DNA of 64,000 nucleotides from Nitrospirota bacterium. GTDB taxonomy: Bacteria; Nitrospirota; JACRHJ01. Made by a program: the position numbers and the translations under genes. The notes below the pieces were generated by a model, which was not told the origin of the DNA, ran no database searches, and worked only from the letters and a program-made list of their open reading frames with translations. The stretch spans positions 1 through 64,000 of the forward strand of contig CAWJRJ010000012.1 of the NCBI GenBank assembly GCA_963845245.1, given 5' to 3'. Positions 30,482 to 42,798 of this stretch are shown here, piece after piece; positions within the stretch are counted from its first letter, which is position 1, and each line of letters opens with the position of its first letter.

Positions 30482-30819
30482 AGGGCCTTGAACTTCCCCG
30501 TCTCCTCTACCTCCACCGGGTATCCTTCGATACTCGACGGTATCCTGGCCGCCAGTTCCGGCGTCTTCCGTACTACATAGACCTTTATGCACGTTCTGCC
30601 GCTGCAAAGACCCTGGGCCGTCCCGGTCACGCCTTCGATTGCCATTATTCCGGGAGTATTCTCCCTCAGGACCTCCGCAATCCCTCTCTTTTGCACGCTG
30701 TCCTCTTTGTTTTTCTGTATCCCGCCTGAAGGCGCGCACGAGCCCGATACGGCCATGAGCGCCAACAGGACTATCACCGGTAAAAATTCCCGGAGTTGGA
30801 TTATGCGGCGGCCAGCCAT
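30478..30819 (-). CDS. Small lipoprotein homologous to the pro-region of the adjacent protease
   Basis: Lipobox-like VSGSC; IMAIEGVTGTAQG...IPSSIEGYPV aligns with the protease segment LMGIPEVVGTAVG...IPDKVEGVPA. Confidence 0.75.
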
Positions 30820-30821
30820 GA

Positions 30822-31934
30822 TTATTTGCCGTCGACCGTAATCCCCAGCCCGTCGAGGACACGGCCTATCGGGTTGGCGATGCCGTATCCGCCCGAACCT
30901 CCGGCGAACAACAGGCCCACAGGGTTGCAGTTAGAATCGTCCGTTACAAGCAGCGAGCCCGAATCCCCTGCCTTGAGAAAAGGCCTGTTTGAGTTGACAA
31001 CTATCTGGTCCGCGAAGACCGCGTTGCCGTTTGCACCGTAATCCACTGTAATGGTGGCGTTTATGCCTGTTACAGTGCCTATGGTCAGCTTGGTGGTACG
31101 GCCGTATTTCTGTACGGCCATATTAAGTGCAGCCGCCTTTGTTGTAGTGCCGGGGATGCCGTAGCCGTTGGCAGGGGTGGCGTTGCCCAGTTTTGCCGTC
31201 GTGGTGGAGGCGATCGCGGCATCGATGTAGTTGATGCCGCCCGAAAAATTCAGTGAAACATAATCGGCCAGGTTGCCGATCACGTTCGATGATGAATAGC
31301 TGCAGCTGGTATCGTACCGGCCTGGCTGCAGGACTTCACTACCTTTGGCTGCATCGCCCTCGAGGGCGTAGACATGGTTGTTGCTGAGGGCGTAAACGGC
31401 GGTGCCTTTTTTGACGCGTGCGCTGATCGTCCCTGCCGAACACTCGCCCGCATTGCCTGTGGAGATGCCGATAGGAACCGGCCTCGGCCATACGGAGGTG
31501 GTGGAAATCGAGCCCCCTTTCTTGGCGTTGCCAGGCATCGCGGTAATCACGCCAGTGACCTTCTCTATTGCGGGGACTCCTTCGACCTTGTCCGGGATTG
31601 TACCGGACGGGGCCTTGGTTTTTGTGAGTACGAGGATGGCTGGCTCGCCCGAATCCGTCAGGCCGACAGCGGTCCCCACCACCTCGGGGATACCCATAAG
31701 GTTATGGCTGTGGCGGTTTTGTATCGCAATGACTGCCTTTATCTGTGGGTTGTCCTTGTCTAGCACTGCCGGTTCGCGGTTGTCCACGACCGTATCAGGC
31801 GTGATCTTCGCCATAAGCACGCCCTTGCCGAAATCCAGGCTGTCAGCCATGCCAATGGTAGGGATGATCAAAAGCCCTGATACGGACAGTAGAATACACA
31901 GCGCAAGCGACAACTTCCGGAGGAATGTCTTCAT
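30822..31934 (-). CDS. Secreted trypsin-like (S1, Nal1-like) serine protease
   Basis: Signal peptide; catalytic triad motifs LSNNHV, IDAA, GDSGS; GRTT and VGLLFAG. Confidence 0.88.
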   Translation of the reverse strand: MKTFLRKLSLALCILLSVSGLLIIPTIGMADSLDFGKGVLMAKITPDTVVDNREPAVLDKDNPQIKAVIAIQNRHSHNLMGIPEVVGTAVGLTDSGEPAILVLTKTKAPSGTIPDKVEGVPAIEKVTGVITAMPGNAKKGGSISTTSVWPRPVPIGISTGNAGECSAGTISARVKKGTAVYALSNNHVYALEGDAAKGSEVLQPGRYDTSCSYSSSNVIGNLADYVSLNFSGGINYIDAAIASTTTAKLGNATPANGYGIPGTTTKAAALNMAVQKYGRTTKLTIGTVTGINATITVDYGANGNAVFADQIVVNSNRPFLKAGDSGSLLVTDDSNCNPVGLLFAGGSGGYGIANPIGRVLDGLGITVDGK

Positions 31935-32180
31935 AATGGCCCCCTCTCTAAGGTGCGTTTTATGACCCGGCCGGCTATTGAAACTGTCTATAGATGCTTC
32001 TTAAGTTTAATCGCCTCCCCCTCAGCCGTCAAATAAGGTATTGCCCTGCAAGGTCTTCGGCCCCCGGGCGCCTTCACAGGGCTCGCGCCGGCTTCCTAAT
32101 AAATAATAGTTCATTTTTCTAATAGTTTTGATATAATTAATAAAATTTGCTAATAGCCAATCAACCGGCGGCGCAGCGTT

Positions 32181-35100
32181 ATGGAATTAAAAGAAACATC
32201 AATAAAGAACGCGTTGAAAGTGCTGATCGTGGACGACGACGACGAGCTTCGTCAGTTCATGAGGATGAAGCTTGCCAATGAAGCCCCGCACCTTTTTTTC
32301 ACAGGCGTCGAGAGCGGCCCGGAATGTCTCGAATACCTCAAGACCAACCACGTTGACTGCATAATATCCGACTACCAGATGCCAGATATGAACGGCATGG
32401 AACTCCTCCTTACACTAAGGGAAAGTGGCAATGATATGCCCTTTATATTTGTGACCGGCCAGGGAAACGAAGAGGTGGCGAGGGAGGCCTTTGATAACGG
32501 GGCAAACCACTATTTTACCAAGGAGTTCGGTTTCGCGCATTTTACCAGGTTAATAAACTGCATAGAGCAGGCGGTAAGGCGAAGGGCAGCGGAACATGCA
32601 GTAAAAGAGCGGGAGTTCTGGATAAACGAGTCGCAGAGGGTGGCGCGCGTCGGCTCTTACGTTGTGGACATACAGACCGGTGAATGTACAACCTCGGAGA
32701 TACTGGACGATATCTTTGGTGTCGACGTTGATTACGACAAGTCTGTCGAGAGTTGGGCTTCCATAGTCCACCCCGAAGACCGCGACAGTATAGTCAAATA
32801 CTTCACCGAAGTCATAGCTCAGAAGAAACGGTTTGAGGCCGATTACAGGATAGTAAGGAAGAACGACGGCCAGGAACGGTGGGTATCGGGCCTTGGCGAA
32901 CTGGTCCTTGACCAGTACGGCAACCCCGTAAGGATGCTCGGGACAATTCAGGACATCACCGAACGCAAGCAGGTGGAGGACGCCCTGCGGGCAAGCCAGA
33001 AATATCTTCAGACAATCATAGAAACGTGAACCGGAGTGCGTCAAACTTCTTTCATTAGACGGCAAATTGATGATGATGAACCGCGCGGGACTGGCCATGA
33101 TCGAGGCCGATTCCCTTGAGCAGGTGAGGGGGAAGTCGGTCTATGGCCTGATCGTCCCTGAGCATCGTGAGCAATTCAAGGCGCTTGGGGAAAAGGTGCG
33201 TAAGGGCGGCACCGGGACCTTGGAATTCGATATGGTGGGATTCAAAGGAAGACGCTTGCGGCTGGAAACCCATGCCGTCCCGCTTAGAAACGAAAAAGAC
33301 GAGATAATAGCATTGCTCGGCATAACCCGTGATATCACCGAACGCAAGCAGACGGCGGATGCGCTGGAAGAAAGCAGGTCCGCGTACCAGGCGCTTACGG
33401 ACAACCTCCCTGGAATCGTTTACAGGATATTCATCCGCGAGAACTGGAGGATGCAGTTTATAAACAAGGCGGCCGAGAGCATCACAGGCTACACGGACGA
33501 TGAACTGCAGGAAGGAGAGGTCTGCCAGCTTGAAACCCTGATCCTTGCCGGAAGACCGCAACGCGGTGATTGCGGAAGTGAAGCGTGCCATCTCGGAGAA
33601 CAGGCCGTTCATGGTTGAATACCGCTTAAGGCATAAGGATGGAGGCATCCGGCACATGCTGGAGCAAGGGGCTCCCATCTATGGGCCTGATAAGGAGCCG
33701 CTTTATATCGATGGGGTTATTTTTGACGTAACCGAACGAAGGCAGGCGGAAGAGGCTCTGAAAGAAAAGGAAAGGGCGCTTACGGCCTTGATAGATGCAA
33801 ACCCGGAGGTCGTCCTTCTGTTGGACTCCGAAGGGGTCCAGCTGGCAGCCAACGCAGCGGCAGCCAGCCGGTTCGGCAGCCCTCGCGACGAGCTGATCGG
33901 CCGCAGCGCCTTTGACTTTCTCCCCCCCGGGCTGGCCGCTTCGCGAAAGGCGCATCTCGATGAAGTGTTCCGTACAGGGCGGGCCGTACGATTTGAAGAT
34001 ACAAGAGACGGCCGGGTTATTGAGAGCTACGTTAACCCCGTTATTGAGGCGGACGGGCATGTAAGCTCAGCCGCCATCGTCGGCATAGACGTAACAGAAC
34101 GCAAACGCGCAGAGGAATCCCTTAGGGCAAGCCAGAAATATCTGCAGACAATATTTGATACGGAACCGGAGTGCGTCAAACTCCTTGCTCCTGATTGCAC
34201 GTTGGTGATGATGAACCGCGCGGGCCTGACCATGATCGAGGCCGATTCCCTGGAGCAGGTAAAGGGGGCATCGGTAGTCGACCTGGTCGTGCCGGAATAT
34301 CGCGAGGCTTTCATAGCGCTTGGAGAAAAGGTGTTCCAGGGCGGCTCCGGGACACTCGAGTTTGACATGGTGGGTCTTAAAAGGAAGACGCCTCCGGCTG
34401 GAAACGCATGCAGTCCCGCTGCGAAACGAAAGAGATGAGATAATCGCCTTGCTCGGCATAACCCGTGACATATCCGAACGGAAAAAACTTGAACGTCAGA
34501 GGGCCGACTTCCACGCGATGGTGACCCACGACCTTAAATCGCCGCTTATTACCATACTCGGCTACTCAGAGCTTATCTCAACGGCCGCACAGGGTGTTGC
34601 GGGCGGAGAGGTCATCAATGAGATGGCGAAGGCAGTGAGCCGGGGAGGAGACAGGCTCCTGAGGCTGGTGGACGACTTCATGGCTGTGTCCAAAATTGAG
34701 GCCGGCGGCATAGAGTTGAGGGTAGCGCCTACCGATGCTGTAGTCCTGCTCCATGAGGTCAGGGATGATTTTGAGCCTATAGCAAGGAAGAAGGGGATAG
34801 TGTTCAGGGTGGACATCCCGGACAGTCTGCCTGTGGCGATCCTGGACAAAAAACAGGTGGAGAGGGCCGTGGGCAACCTGCTGCAGAACGCCTTCAACTA
34901 CACGCCGAAAGGCGGAGAGGTAACGCTGAAGGCGGAGACTGCTCTGCGCGGAGTAGACAAGTATATACTGATTTCCGTGTCCGATACCGGCCCCGGCATC
35001 CCGTACGACGACATGGACAAGATATTCGATAAATACTACCGTTCCCCAAAGACTGCTGGGTATGAAGGGAACCGGGCTCGGCCTTGCCATAGTCAAGGCT

Positions 35101-35190
35101 GTTGCCGAGGCGCACGGCGGCAGGGTGGAGGTGGAAAGCGAGGAAGGCCGCGGCAGCACGTTCAGGCTTTACTTGCCGATAAATTCCTGA
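32181..35190 (+). CDS. Cytoplasmic receiver/multi-PAS histidine kinase, four apparent +1 frameshifts (near 33027, 33547, 34380, 35063)
   Basis: Receiver (VDDD, SDYQMP), several PAS-PAC modules (DITERK), [20 protein letters not shown], repaired GTGLGL; span = 3n+1. Confidence 0.85.
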
Positions 35191-35333
35191 GCGCAACCAT
35201 ATGTTTACCTTTCACATTGCGTTTATTATTGCATCATTAAGAAAGCTGTAAGCGCAAAATCCCGTTTTAATGGGTTCTTTTGATGGATTCTTTATTTTCC
35301 CCCTTGACAGGCCTCCCTATATAGTTATAGACT

Positions 35334-35369
35334 CTGACTGTCCGGTCATTTTTATGACCCGTCAGTCAG
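35334..35369. promoter_or_regulatory. TetR-like operator upstream of the RND operon
   Basis: Two TGAC-N6-GTCA boxes forming a 36-bp near-perfect inverted repeat just downstream of TTGACA (35304) and a -10-like element. Confidence 0.65.
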
Positions 35370-35409
35370 GTATGGTTTTTTGTTTCAGGAGTAAACAGGA
35401 GATGCGGAG

Positions 35410-36534
35410 ATGAGCATTTTAGGTATAGCCATGAGGCAGTCGGGCAGGCTTCTGGTTTTGTCACTGGCCTGCCTGGCGTTGTTTCTGGGATGCGCAAAAA
35501 AGCAGGAGGCGAAAAAGGCCAAGCCGCCGGTGCCGGTCCTTGTAGCCCAGGCAGCGCAGAAGGACGTCCCGACAGAGCTTAAGGCGATAGGAAACGTCGA
35601 GCCGTCTTCGTCCGTGTCCATTAGATCCATGGTCGCCGGCGAGGTCACGAGCGTAAACTTCAGGGAAGGCCAGGACGTGAGAAAAGGCGACCTGCTGTTC
35701 ACAATCGACCCTAGCCCTCTTGAGGCAGACCTAAAGCGTGCCGAGGGTGTGCTTTCCAAGGACATGGTCGAGGCGAAGAACGCCGCGACCAACGCCAAAC
35801 GTTACGACGACCTCCTGGAGAAGGGCATGGTTTCGCGGCAGGAGCACGACCAGGCTGCCACTACCATAGCATCGCTCAATGAGACTATCCGGTCGGACAA
35901 GGCCGCCATCGACAGTATAAAGGTGCAGCTTGGGTACACGAGGATCAAGTCTCCGATAGACGGCAGGACCGGCAACCTGAACGTGAATGCCGGAAACATC
36001 GTGAAGGCCAACGATACTCCTGCCCTGGTGGTAATCAACAAGATACGGCCCATATACGTCACGTTCTCTGTTCCCGAGAAGTTCCTGCCGGAGATCCAGG
36101 GGCTTATGCCAAAAGGCAAATTGAAGGTGACGGCCTGCATAAACGGGGACAAATGTCCTGCTGCACAGGGGTATCTGACTTTTATAGACAACTCGGTGGA
36201 CCTCGCCACTGGTAGCATCAAGCTGAAGGCCACTTTTGACAATGCGGACAGGAAGCTTTGGCCCGGGCAGTTCGTCGATGTCACTATGGCGCTCGGCACT
36301 CTGAACGGAGTGACGGTCGTGCCCAGCGCGGCAGTCCAGTCCGGGCAGCAGGGCCAGTTCGTTTTCGTTGTAAAGCAGGACAAAACGGTCGAGTCAAGGC
36401 CGGTGAAATCCGGCTTGACGCAGGAAGGTTTGACGGTCATCGAACAGGGCGTGAAGCCGGGTGAGACAGTAGTTACGGACGGGCAGATGAAGCTCACCCC
36501 CGGTGCAGTTATAGAAGTCAAGAAAGGCCTGTAG
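35410..36534 (+). CDS. RND efflux periplasmic adaptor (MdtA-like)
   Basis: Lipobox LGC; G-V--V-FREGQ-V-KGDLL, YTRI-SPIDGR, LWPGQFV. Confidence 0.93.
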   Translation: MSILGIAMRQSGRLLVLSLACLALFLGCAKKQEAKKAKPPVPVLVAQAAQKDVPTELKAIGNVEPSSSVSIRSMVAGEVTSVNFREGQDVRKGDLLFTIDPSPLEADLKRAEGVLSKDMVEAKNAATNAKRYDDLLEKGMVSRQEHDQAATTIASLNETIRSDKAAIDSIKVQLGYTRIKSPIDGRTGNLNVNAGNIVKANDTPALVVINKIRPIYVTFSVPEKFLPEIQGLMPKGKLKVTACINGDKCPAAQGYLTFIDNSVDLATGSIKLKATFDNADRKLWPGQFVDVTMALGTLNGVTVVPSAAVQSGQQGQFVFVVKQDKTVESRPVKSGLTQEGLTVIEQGVKPGETVVTDGQMKLTPGAVIEVKKGL

Positions 36535-36544
36535 GCATCGCGCG

Positions 36545-39500
36545 ATGAGCATATCCGAACTTTTCATCCGCAGGCCGGTCATGACGTCGCTCATCATGGT
36601 CGCGGTCGTTATTTTCGGCATAGCCGGATACGGCCTTCTGCCGGTCAGCGACCTCCCGAACGTTGATTTCCCGACGATCAACGTGTCCGCCAACCTCCCG
36701 GGCGCAAGCCCCGAGACCATGGCTTCCGCTGTGGCGACCCCTCTCGAGAAGCAGTTTTCCACCATAGCCGGCATAGACTCCATGTCGTCGACCAATGCGC
36801 TCGGGTCCACCCAGATAACGATACAGTTCAGCCTCGACCGCGACATCGACGGCGCCGCGCAGGACGTGCAGGCCGCAATAGCAAAGGCCGCCCGACTGCT
36901 TCCGCAGGACATGCCCAGCCCGCCGTCCTACCAGAAGGTCAACCCGGCCGACCAGCCGATACTCTACCTTGCAGTCAGCTCACCGACGCTGCCGCTTTCA
37001 CAGGTGGACGAGTTCGCCGAGACGTTCATGGCGCAGAAGATATCGATGGTAAGCGGCGTGGCCCAGGTGTCGGTATACGGCGCGCAGAAGTACGCGGTCC
37101 GTGTGCAGCTCGACCCGAAGGCGATGGCCAGCCGCCAGGTCGGCATAGACGAGGTCGCAGAGCGCGATCGACCGGGCCAACGTCAACATGCCGACCGGCA
37201 CTCTATACGGCAAGTCCAACTCGTTCACCGTGCAGACGAACGGCCAGTTGACGGAGGCTGCGGCCTACCGCCCGATAATAGTGGCATACAGGGGCGGCGC
37301 GCCCGTCTACCTCCAGGACCTCGGGCGGGTAACGGACAGCGTCGAGAACGACAAGATCGCAAGCTGGTTTATCGACAAGCGCGCCATAATACTCGCGATA
37401 CAGCGCCAGCCCGGCACCAACACCGTGGCTGTCGTGGACGGCATCAAGGCCCTCTTCCCCGCGTTTAAAGAGCAGATGCCCGCATCCATCGAACTGAACG
37501 TAATAAGAGACCGGTCGGAGACGATACGCGCGTCCGTGCGGGACGTAAAGTTCACTCTCTTCCTGTCTCTCTGCCTTGTGATCATGGTCATATTCCTGTT
37601 CCTCAGGAACTTCTCGGCCACGCTCATCCCGAGCCTTGCGCTGCCCGTGTCGCTGATAGGGACCTTCTCCGTGATGTACCTGCTGGGCTATTCCCTGGAC
37701 AACATGTCGCTCATGGCGCTGACGCTATCGATCGGTTTCGTCGTGGACGACGCCATAGTCATGCTGGAAAACATCGTAAGGCACATGGAGCACGGCGAGC
37801 CGCCGAGGGATGCGGCCTTCATCGGCTCGCGCGAGATAGGGTTCACGATACTTTCCATGACCATATCGCTCGTAGCGGTGTTCATACCGGTGCTGTTCAT
37901 GGGCGGGCTTCTGGGCCGCCTGCTCCACGAGTTCGCGGTCACAATCGGCGCGGCCATACTCGTCTCCGGCATAGTCTCGCTTACACTCACGCCGATGCTT
38001 TGCAGCCGGTTCCTGAAGCCACCCGGCGAGGTGAAGCACGGCCGCATATTCACGGCGTCGGAGAAGGTATTCTCCGGGATGCAGGAGTTTTACAGGCGGA
38101 GCCTGACGTTTGTGTTCCGCCATCGCCCTGCCACCATGTTCGTGACGGTGGCCTCTCTGGCGGCCAGCATATACCTCTTCAACATGATGCCGATGGGGTT
38201 CCTGCCGAGCGAGGACACCGGGGCAATCCAGGGCCGCACCGAGGGGGCGCAGGGCATATCCTTCGAGTCGATGCGGGACCACATGGAGGCCCTCGCAAAG
38301 GTCGTCAAGGCGGACAAGAACGTGGAATCGTTTTTCTATAACGTGGGCGGGTCAAGCTCCAGCCCGGTGTCGAATACCGGGAGGCTGCTTATAAGGCTTA
38401 AGCCGCGCGACCAGCGCAAGCTGAGCGCCGACGAGGTGATACAGGAACTCCGTCCGAAGCTTGCCGCCGTGCCGGGGATATCGACATACCTTCAGAACCC
38501 GCCGCCGGTGCAGATCGGCGGCCAGTCGTCAAAGAGCCTCTACCAGCTTACCCTGACCGGTGCGGACACGAAGGAGCTGTTCAAGTACGCCGCGCTGCTG
38601 GAAGAGAAGATGCACGGTATACCCGAGCTTCAGGACGTGACAAGCGACCTTCAGATCACCAACCCGCAGGTCAACCTGGAGATATACCGGCAGAAGGCGT
38701 CATCGCTCGGTGTCTCCGTGCAGCAGATAGAGGACGCGCTCTATTCCGCCTACGGGACGAAGCAGGTCTCGACAATCCTTACGCCGAACAACCAGTACAA
38801 GGTTATTATGGAACTGGACCCGCAGTACCAGATGGACCCTGCCGCGCTTTCCATGCTCTATATACGCTCGGACAAGGGCCTGCTTGTCCCGATGGACGCT
38901 GTCGCGAACATCACCCGCGGCGTCGGCCCGCTCACCGTAACGCACCTGGGCCAGATACCGTCCGTGACGATATCGTTCAACCTCAAGCCCGGCGTGGCGC
39001 TGGGCGAGGCCGTCAAGCTTTCAACCCAGGCCGCGAAGGATGTCCTGCCGGCCACCATCAGCACGAGTTTCCAGGGCGCGGCGCAGGCGTTCCAGTCCTC
39101 CACCAAGGGGCTGTGGATGCTGCTGATAATGGCAATCCTGGTCATATACATAGTGCTGGGCGTCCTGTACGAGAGCTACATACACCCGATAACGATACTC
39201 TCGGGCCTGCCCTCCGCCGGGCTCGGCGCGCTCGCCACCCTGATGCTGTTCGGGTACGAGCTGAACATCTACGCCTTCGTCGGTGTCATAATGCTGCTCG
39301 GCATCGTGAAGAAGAACGCGATCATGATGATAGACTTTGCGCTTGAGGCGCAGAGGAAGCAGGGCCTGTCCCCGCACGACGCGATATTCCAGGGCTGCAT
39401 GGTCCGTTTCCGTCCGATAATGATGACCACCATGGCCGCGCTGATGGCGACGCTGCCGCTTGCCATAGGCTTCGGTGCGGGCGCGGAATCGAGACGTCCG

Positions 39501-39623
39501 CTGGGCCTCGCAGTAGTCGGCGGCCTCATGGTCTCGCAGGTGCTTACGCTCTACATCACGCCGGTGTTCTATACCTACATGGAAGCGTTACAGCAGAGGC
39601 TATACAAAAAACGCGGGAAGTAG
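36545..39623 (+). CDS. RND efflux permease (MdtB/MdtC-like), apparent +1 frameshift near 37162
   Basis: FIRRPV, GFVVDDAIVMLENI, GIVKKNAIMMIDFA, RFRPIMMTT; span = 3n+1. Confidence 0.93.
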
Positions 39624-39637
39624 CCCCACACACAAAG

Positions 39638-39890
39638 AGGGCCGACACGCGGGTACGGCCCCTAAATAAAGGCAGCCCCCACCCTGCCCTCCCCCGCAGG
39701 TGGGGAGGGGTGATTGAAGTTGCCATGGAGGGCGAGGGGAAGTTTTTCATAACCCTCTCTATCCCATGTTCAGGCGCATCGCATCTTTTCATCTTCGGAA
39801 CCTTCGGCTCCGTAAGGTGGCTTACTTAAGGGGGAGGTTAGAGTTTTTCATAACCCCCTCTATCCCCCTTATCTTAAGGGGGAAGTTAAA
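39638..39890. repeat. Cluster of REP-like palindromic elements
   Basis: GGGCCGACACGCGGGTACGGCCCCTA; CCCTCCCCCGCAGGTGGGGAGGG; two copies (first interrupted) of TTTCATAACCC..TATCCCCCTT..TAAGGGGGA. Confidence 0.65.
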
Positions 39891-40030
39891 TGAAGGTGTC
39901 ACGGAGGGGGAGACGACGATCGGTTTGGTCGGGGTGTTTATATTCCTGCCGGTGGTGTTTCTGATGGGGCAGAAGATTAGGGGTGGTGCACACACCAGTT
40001 AAATATGGGATGTGTCCCTAATTATACAAG

Positions 40031-41614
40031 TTAAATTCCTGCGAGTTGCAATTGTTTAACTTCTAATATACTCTTCATATCAGGCATTAAATGAAGCAAT
40101 CCATCTGCACGTACTTTGGCAAGCTCTTTCGGTTCTAATTTATACAATCCGCCGCCATAAAATCTTCCTTCTTGCAATAATACTTTGATTTGAATTTTTT
40201 TCAAATTATTCCAGATTTCGCGTAGTAAGTGTGGGTCCTGATTAATTTTTTCTTGTATAAAATCTTTTGGATAAAGAAGTAAATATACATTTGTAGCTGT
40301 TGCAACAGAGTTATTTAAAATAAACCTAAAAGGTATTCTATCGTTATTATCATTTCCACATCTGCCAAGATACGTGAACAAAATCGGAGCAGGCGTCCGT
40401 TCTTCCTGCGAATACCAGGGGGAACGATGTTGGCATAAATATCTTTTTGAAACTTCATTTTTACCATCCATTAAATATGACCAAAGCGATGGATATTTTA
40501 TCTTAATTTCATCTTCCGATAGTCGAACATTTAACAGGAAATTCGGAGAAGGAATTATTGGGTTCCTATTTACATCGCCAATAATCTCATCCTCTTTTAA
40601 ATAACGCGGACTCGGTAATATTGGCCTAAATAGTTCCATCGGTAAATCTAGGGATTTAATTTTCTCTTCAGTAAGAATGAAGAATTTATTGTCTCCGGTA
40701 GCAAGACCTCTTTTTATTGTAAAAAAATCAGACAACATTACTTCTTTTGTCTTATTATTTTTTATAGATACAGGGAAGTTAGACCACTTGTCTTCAACAT
40801 GTATTTTTTGTGCAGGTATAAACTTTCTTATCCTGGGTTTATCTATGGATCCTCCAAATGTAAATTCAATGTTATGTATTGGGGATGGAGGTTGTTTCTT
40901 AAACCATATAACTGTTGAAGAAACTAAAGCGTCGTCAAATTGAACTTCATTTGGGTCATACCTATGAATACGTAAAAGGGTGACGTGATTAAGTAAATAT
41001 TTCTTTAAACCAACTCCGTAATTGACATCCATAAATTCACTTGGAATCAACCAAGCGCCAATTCCATTTTCAGACATCCAATAATGCGATAGAATCAAAT
41101 AATAACAATAAAGTCCAGTTAACCCACTCAAGCTGATTCCAAAACCATCTATTATTTTAAGTTGTAGACGTATTTTATCTTCGCTGGGAATGTGATGATG
41201 ACGTACATAAGGCGGATTGCAAATTAGTAGATTAAACTTATCTTTGTCAAGAGAAGGAGCCTCTTTTTTGGTGAAATCTTCTACATCAATTTCAAGAAGA
41301 GTGTTAGTCCATAGTTTCTGAGCAGGTAAAGCATAGTGGGCGTCTATCTCTATTCCATTCGCTTTATCAATTTTTCTGAAGAAAGCCGTTTCTAATAAGG
41401 CAGAGAAAAATGCTCCTGTTCCAATTGCAGGATCTAAAAACCTGATTGGCGAATTCTCAGGCAGAAGATAAATCCCATAAGAAACTAACTCTTGGGCCAT
41501 TTTCGTTGGAGTGGCAAACTGCCCCAAACGATTTCGCTCTAGCTGAGTCTTTTCTGCGTCAAGAGCTTCTTGAATATCGAGGCGATTTTGTTCTAATATG
41601 GAAAAGAGGTTCAT
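40031..41614 (-). CDS. N6-adenine DNA methyltransferase (type II RM, TaqI/Eco57I-like)
   Basis: GQFATP, LDPAIGTGAF, CNPPY; GR-YGGGL-KLEPKEL; low GC. Confidence 0.92.
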   Translation of the reverse strand: MNLFSILEQNRLDIQEALDAEKTQLERNRLGQFATPTKMAQELVSYGIYLLPENSPIRFLDPAIGTGAFFSALLETAFFRKIDKANGIEIDAHYALPAQKLWTNTLLEIDVEDFTKKEAPSLDKDKFNLLICNPPYVRHHHIPSEDKIRLQLKIIDGFGISLSGLTGLYCYYLILSHYWMSENGIGAWLIPSEFMDVNYGVGLKKYLLNHVTLLRIHRYDPNEVQFDDALVSSTVIWFKKQPPSPIHNIEFTFGGSIDKPRIRKFIPAQKIHVEDKWSNFPVSIKNNKTKEVMLSDFFTIKRGLATGDNKFFILTEEKIKSLDLPMELFRPILPSPRYLKEDEIIGDVNRNPIIPSPNFLLNVRLSEDEIKIKYPSLWSYLMDGKNEVSKRYLCQHRSPWYSQEERTPAPILFTYLGRCGNDNNDRIPFRFILNNSVATATNVYLLLYPKDFIQEKINQDPHLLREIWNNLKKIQIKVLLQEGRFYGGGLYKLEPKELAKVRADGLLHLMPDMKSILEVKQLQLAGI

Positions 41615-41616
41615 CG

Positions 41617-42576
41617 TTAAATTCCAAATTTAGAAAAATCATCTATTCGATGTTCCCAAACCCAATCTATACCTTCTGCTGCTTCATAACCTAAATAGCC
41701 CGAATCAAAGTAACCACATAAAAAAAGGTTAAATTGAACTTCCCTTCCGTGAGTATCTCGTAATTGCTTTATTTTTGTTGCTTCTTCTTTTCGTCTTTTA
41801 TTTACATTAGTGAAATCTCCCGCAGATTTTGCCTCGAAAAGGATTGGAAAGTCACCTTTTTTACTAGATTTAGACATTATAACAACATCAACGGGAATAT
41901 TTACTTCTTTCACTCTATTTTCTTGTCTAACTGGAATGTTCATACGGAAAGCAAAAGTCCCTGGTTTCATAGTATTGTATTTAATTCCTTCACCAGCGGC
42001 ATTTTGTTTGTAACCATGTGCTATGAGCCATTTTTCTATCAGCTTTAATTGACGTTTTTCTTGCTCATTACGTATAGTTGGATTTGCAACTGAACCGCTA
42101 AGCCTATCTGCAACGATAGTTGCGGCGCGATATAATTCTGCTTTAGAAGGGCGACCTTCACGGTCAAGCCAAATAAAAATATCTGGGTCGGCAAGTTTTT
42201 TAATTATAGTACTAATTTTTCCTAACTCTTTGTCCATTTGCTCAGAAGCCATTCGAGCCGGTAATTTTTTCTTTTCCTCCATTGTCTTAACCAAGTTACC
42301 AGAAACATTAGCCAACCCGATCAATCTGTCTACCGCTAATGGAGGGCAAGTTGACATTCTTAAGGTTGGGAGTATATCTGGATAATCTTTTAAAATTTCT
42401 ATTTTTATATTTGTTAAATTAGCAGTATTCTTTAAAGCATTAAGAACATCATCTGTAGCTTTAATGCGGCTCGAACGAAAAGCTTCAGGCGCGAACTTCA
42501 TAAACCAGTCATTATACATATCAACGGATTTAGCTATATCTTCCTTCCACGTACTTGGCTTATCATTAATGCCCAT
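41617..42576 (-). CDS. XamI-family type II restriction endonuclease
   Basis: S-D-YNDWF, LRMST-PPLAVDRL-GL, PD-(D/E)xK-like PVD...EAKSAGDFTNVNKRRKEEA-K; start may be 42591. Confidence 0.85.
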   Translation of the reverse strand: MGINDKPSTWKEDIAKSVDMYNDWFMKFAPEAFRSSRIKATDDVLNALKNTANLTNIKIEILKDYPDILPTLRMSTCPPLAVDRLIGLANVSGNLVKTMEEKKKLPARMASEQMDKELGKISTIIKKLADPDIFIWLDREGRPSKAELYRAATIVADRLSGSVANPTIRNEQEKRQLKLIEKWLIAHGYKQNAAGEGIKYNTMKPGTFAFRMNIPVRQENRVKEVNIPVDVVIMSKSSKKGDFPILFEAKSAGDFTNVNKRRKEEATKIKQLRDTHGREVQFNLFLCGYFDSGYLGYEAAEGIDWVWEHRIDDFSKFGI

Positions 42577-42798
42577 TTCTAATAGCTCCATAGGGGAAAG
42601 TATCGAGGAATATTTAACGCACCTATTTTCGGGCTCTTGTTCGAATTATTATACAGGGATGTACCAGCAAATCAAGGGACAAAAGTTGCCGCAAGCCTTC
42701 CCCCTCCCCCGCACTCAGCATGACAGATTAATGTCATTGACACATACCCACCCCTGTTGTATAGTCGGATAGCCGGTAAGAATAGCATAGGAGAAAGC

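Noticed and set aside
33020..33035. Programmed frameshift or readthrough at the TGA in the PAS kinase
   Set aside because: The duplicated module at 34160 lacks the extra T and there is no slippery sequence
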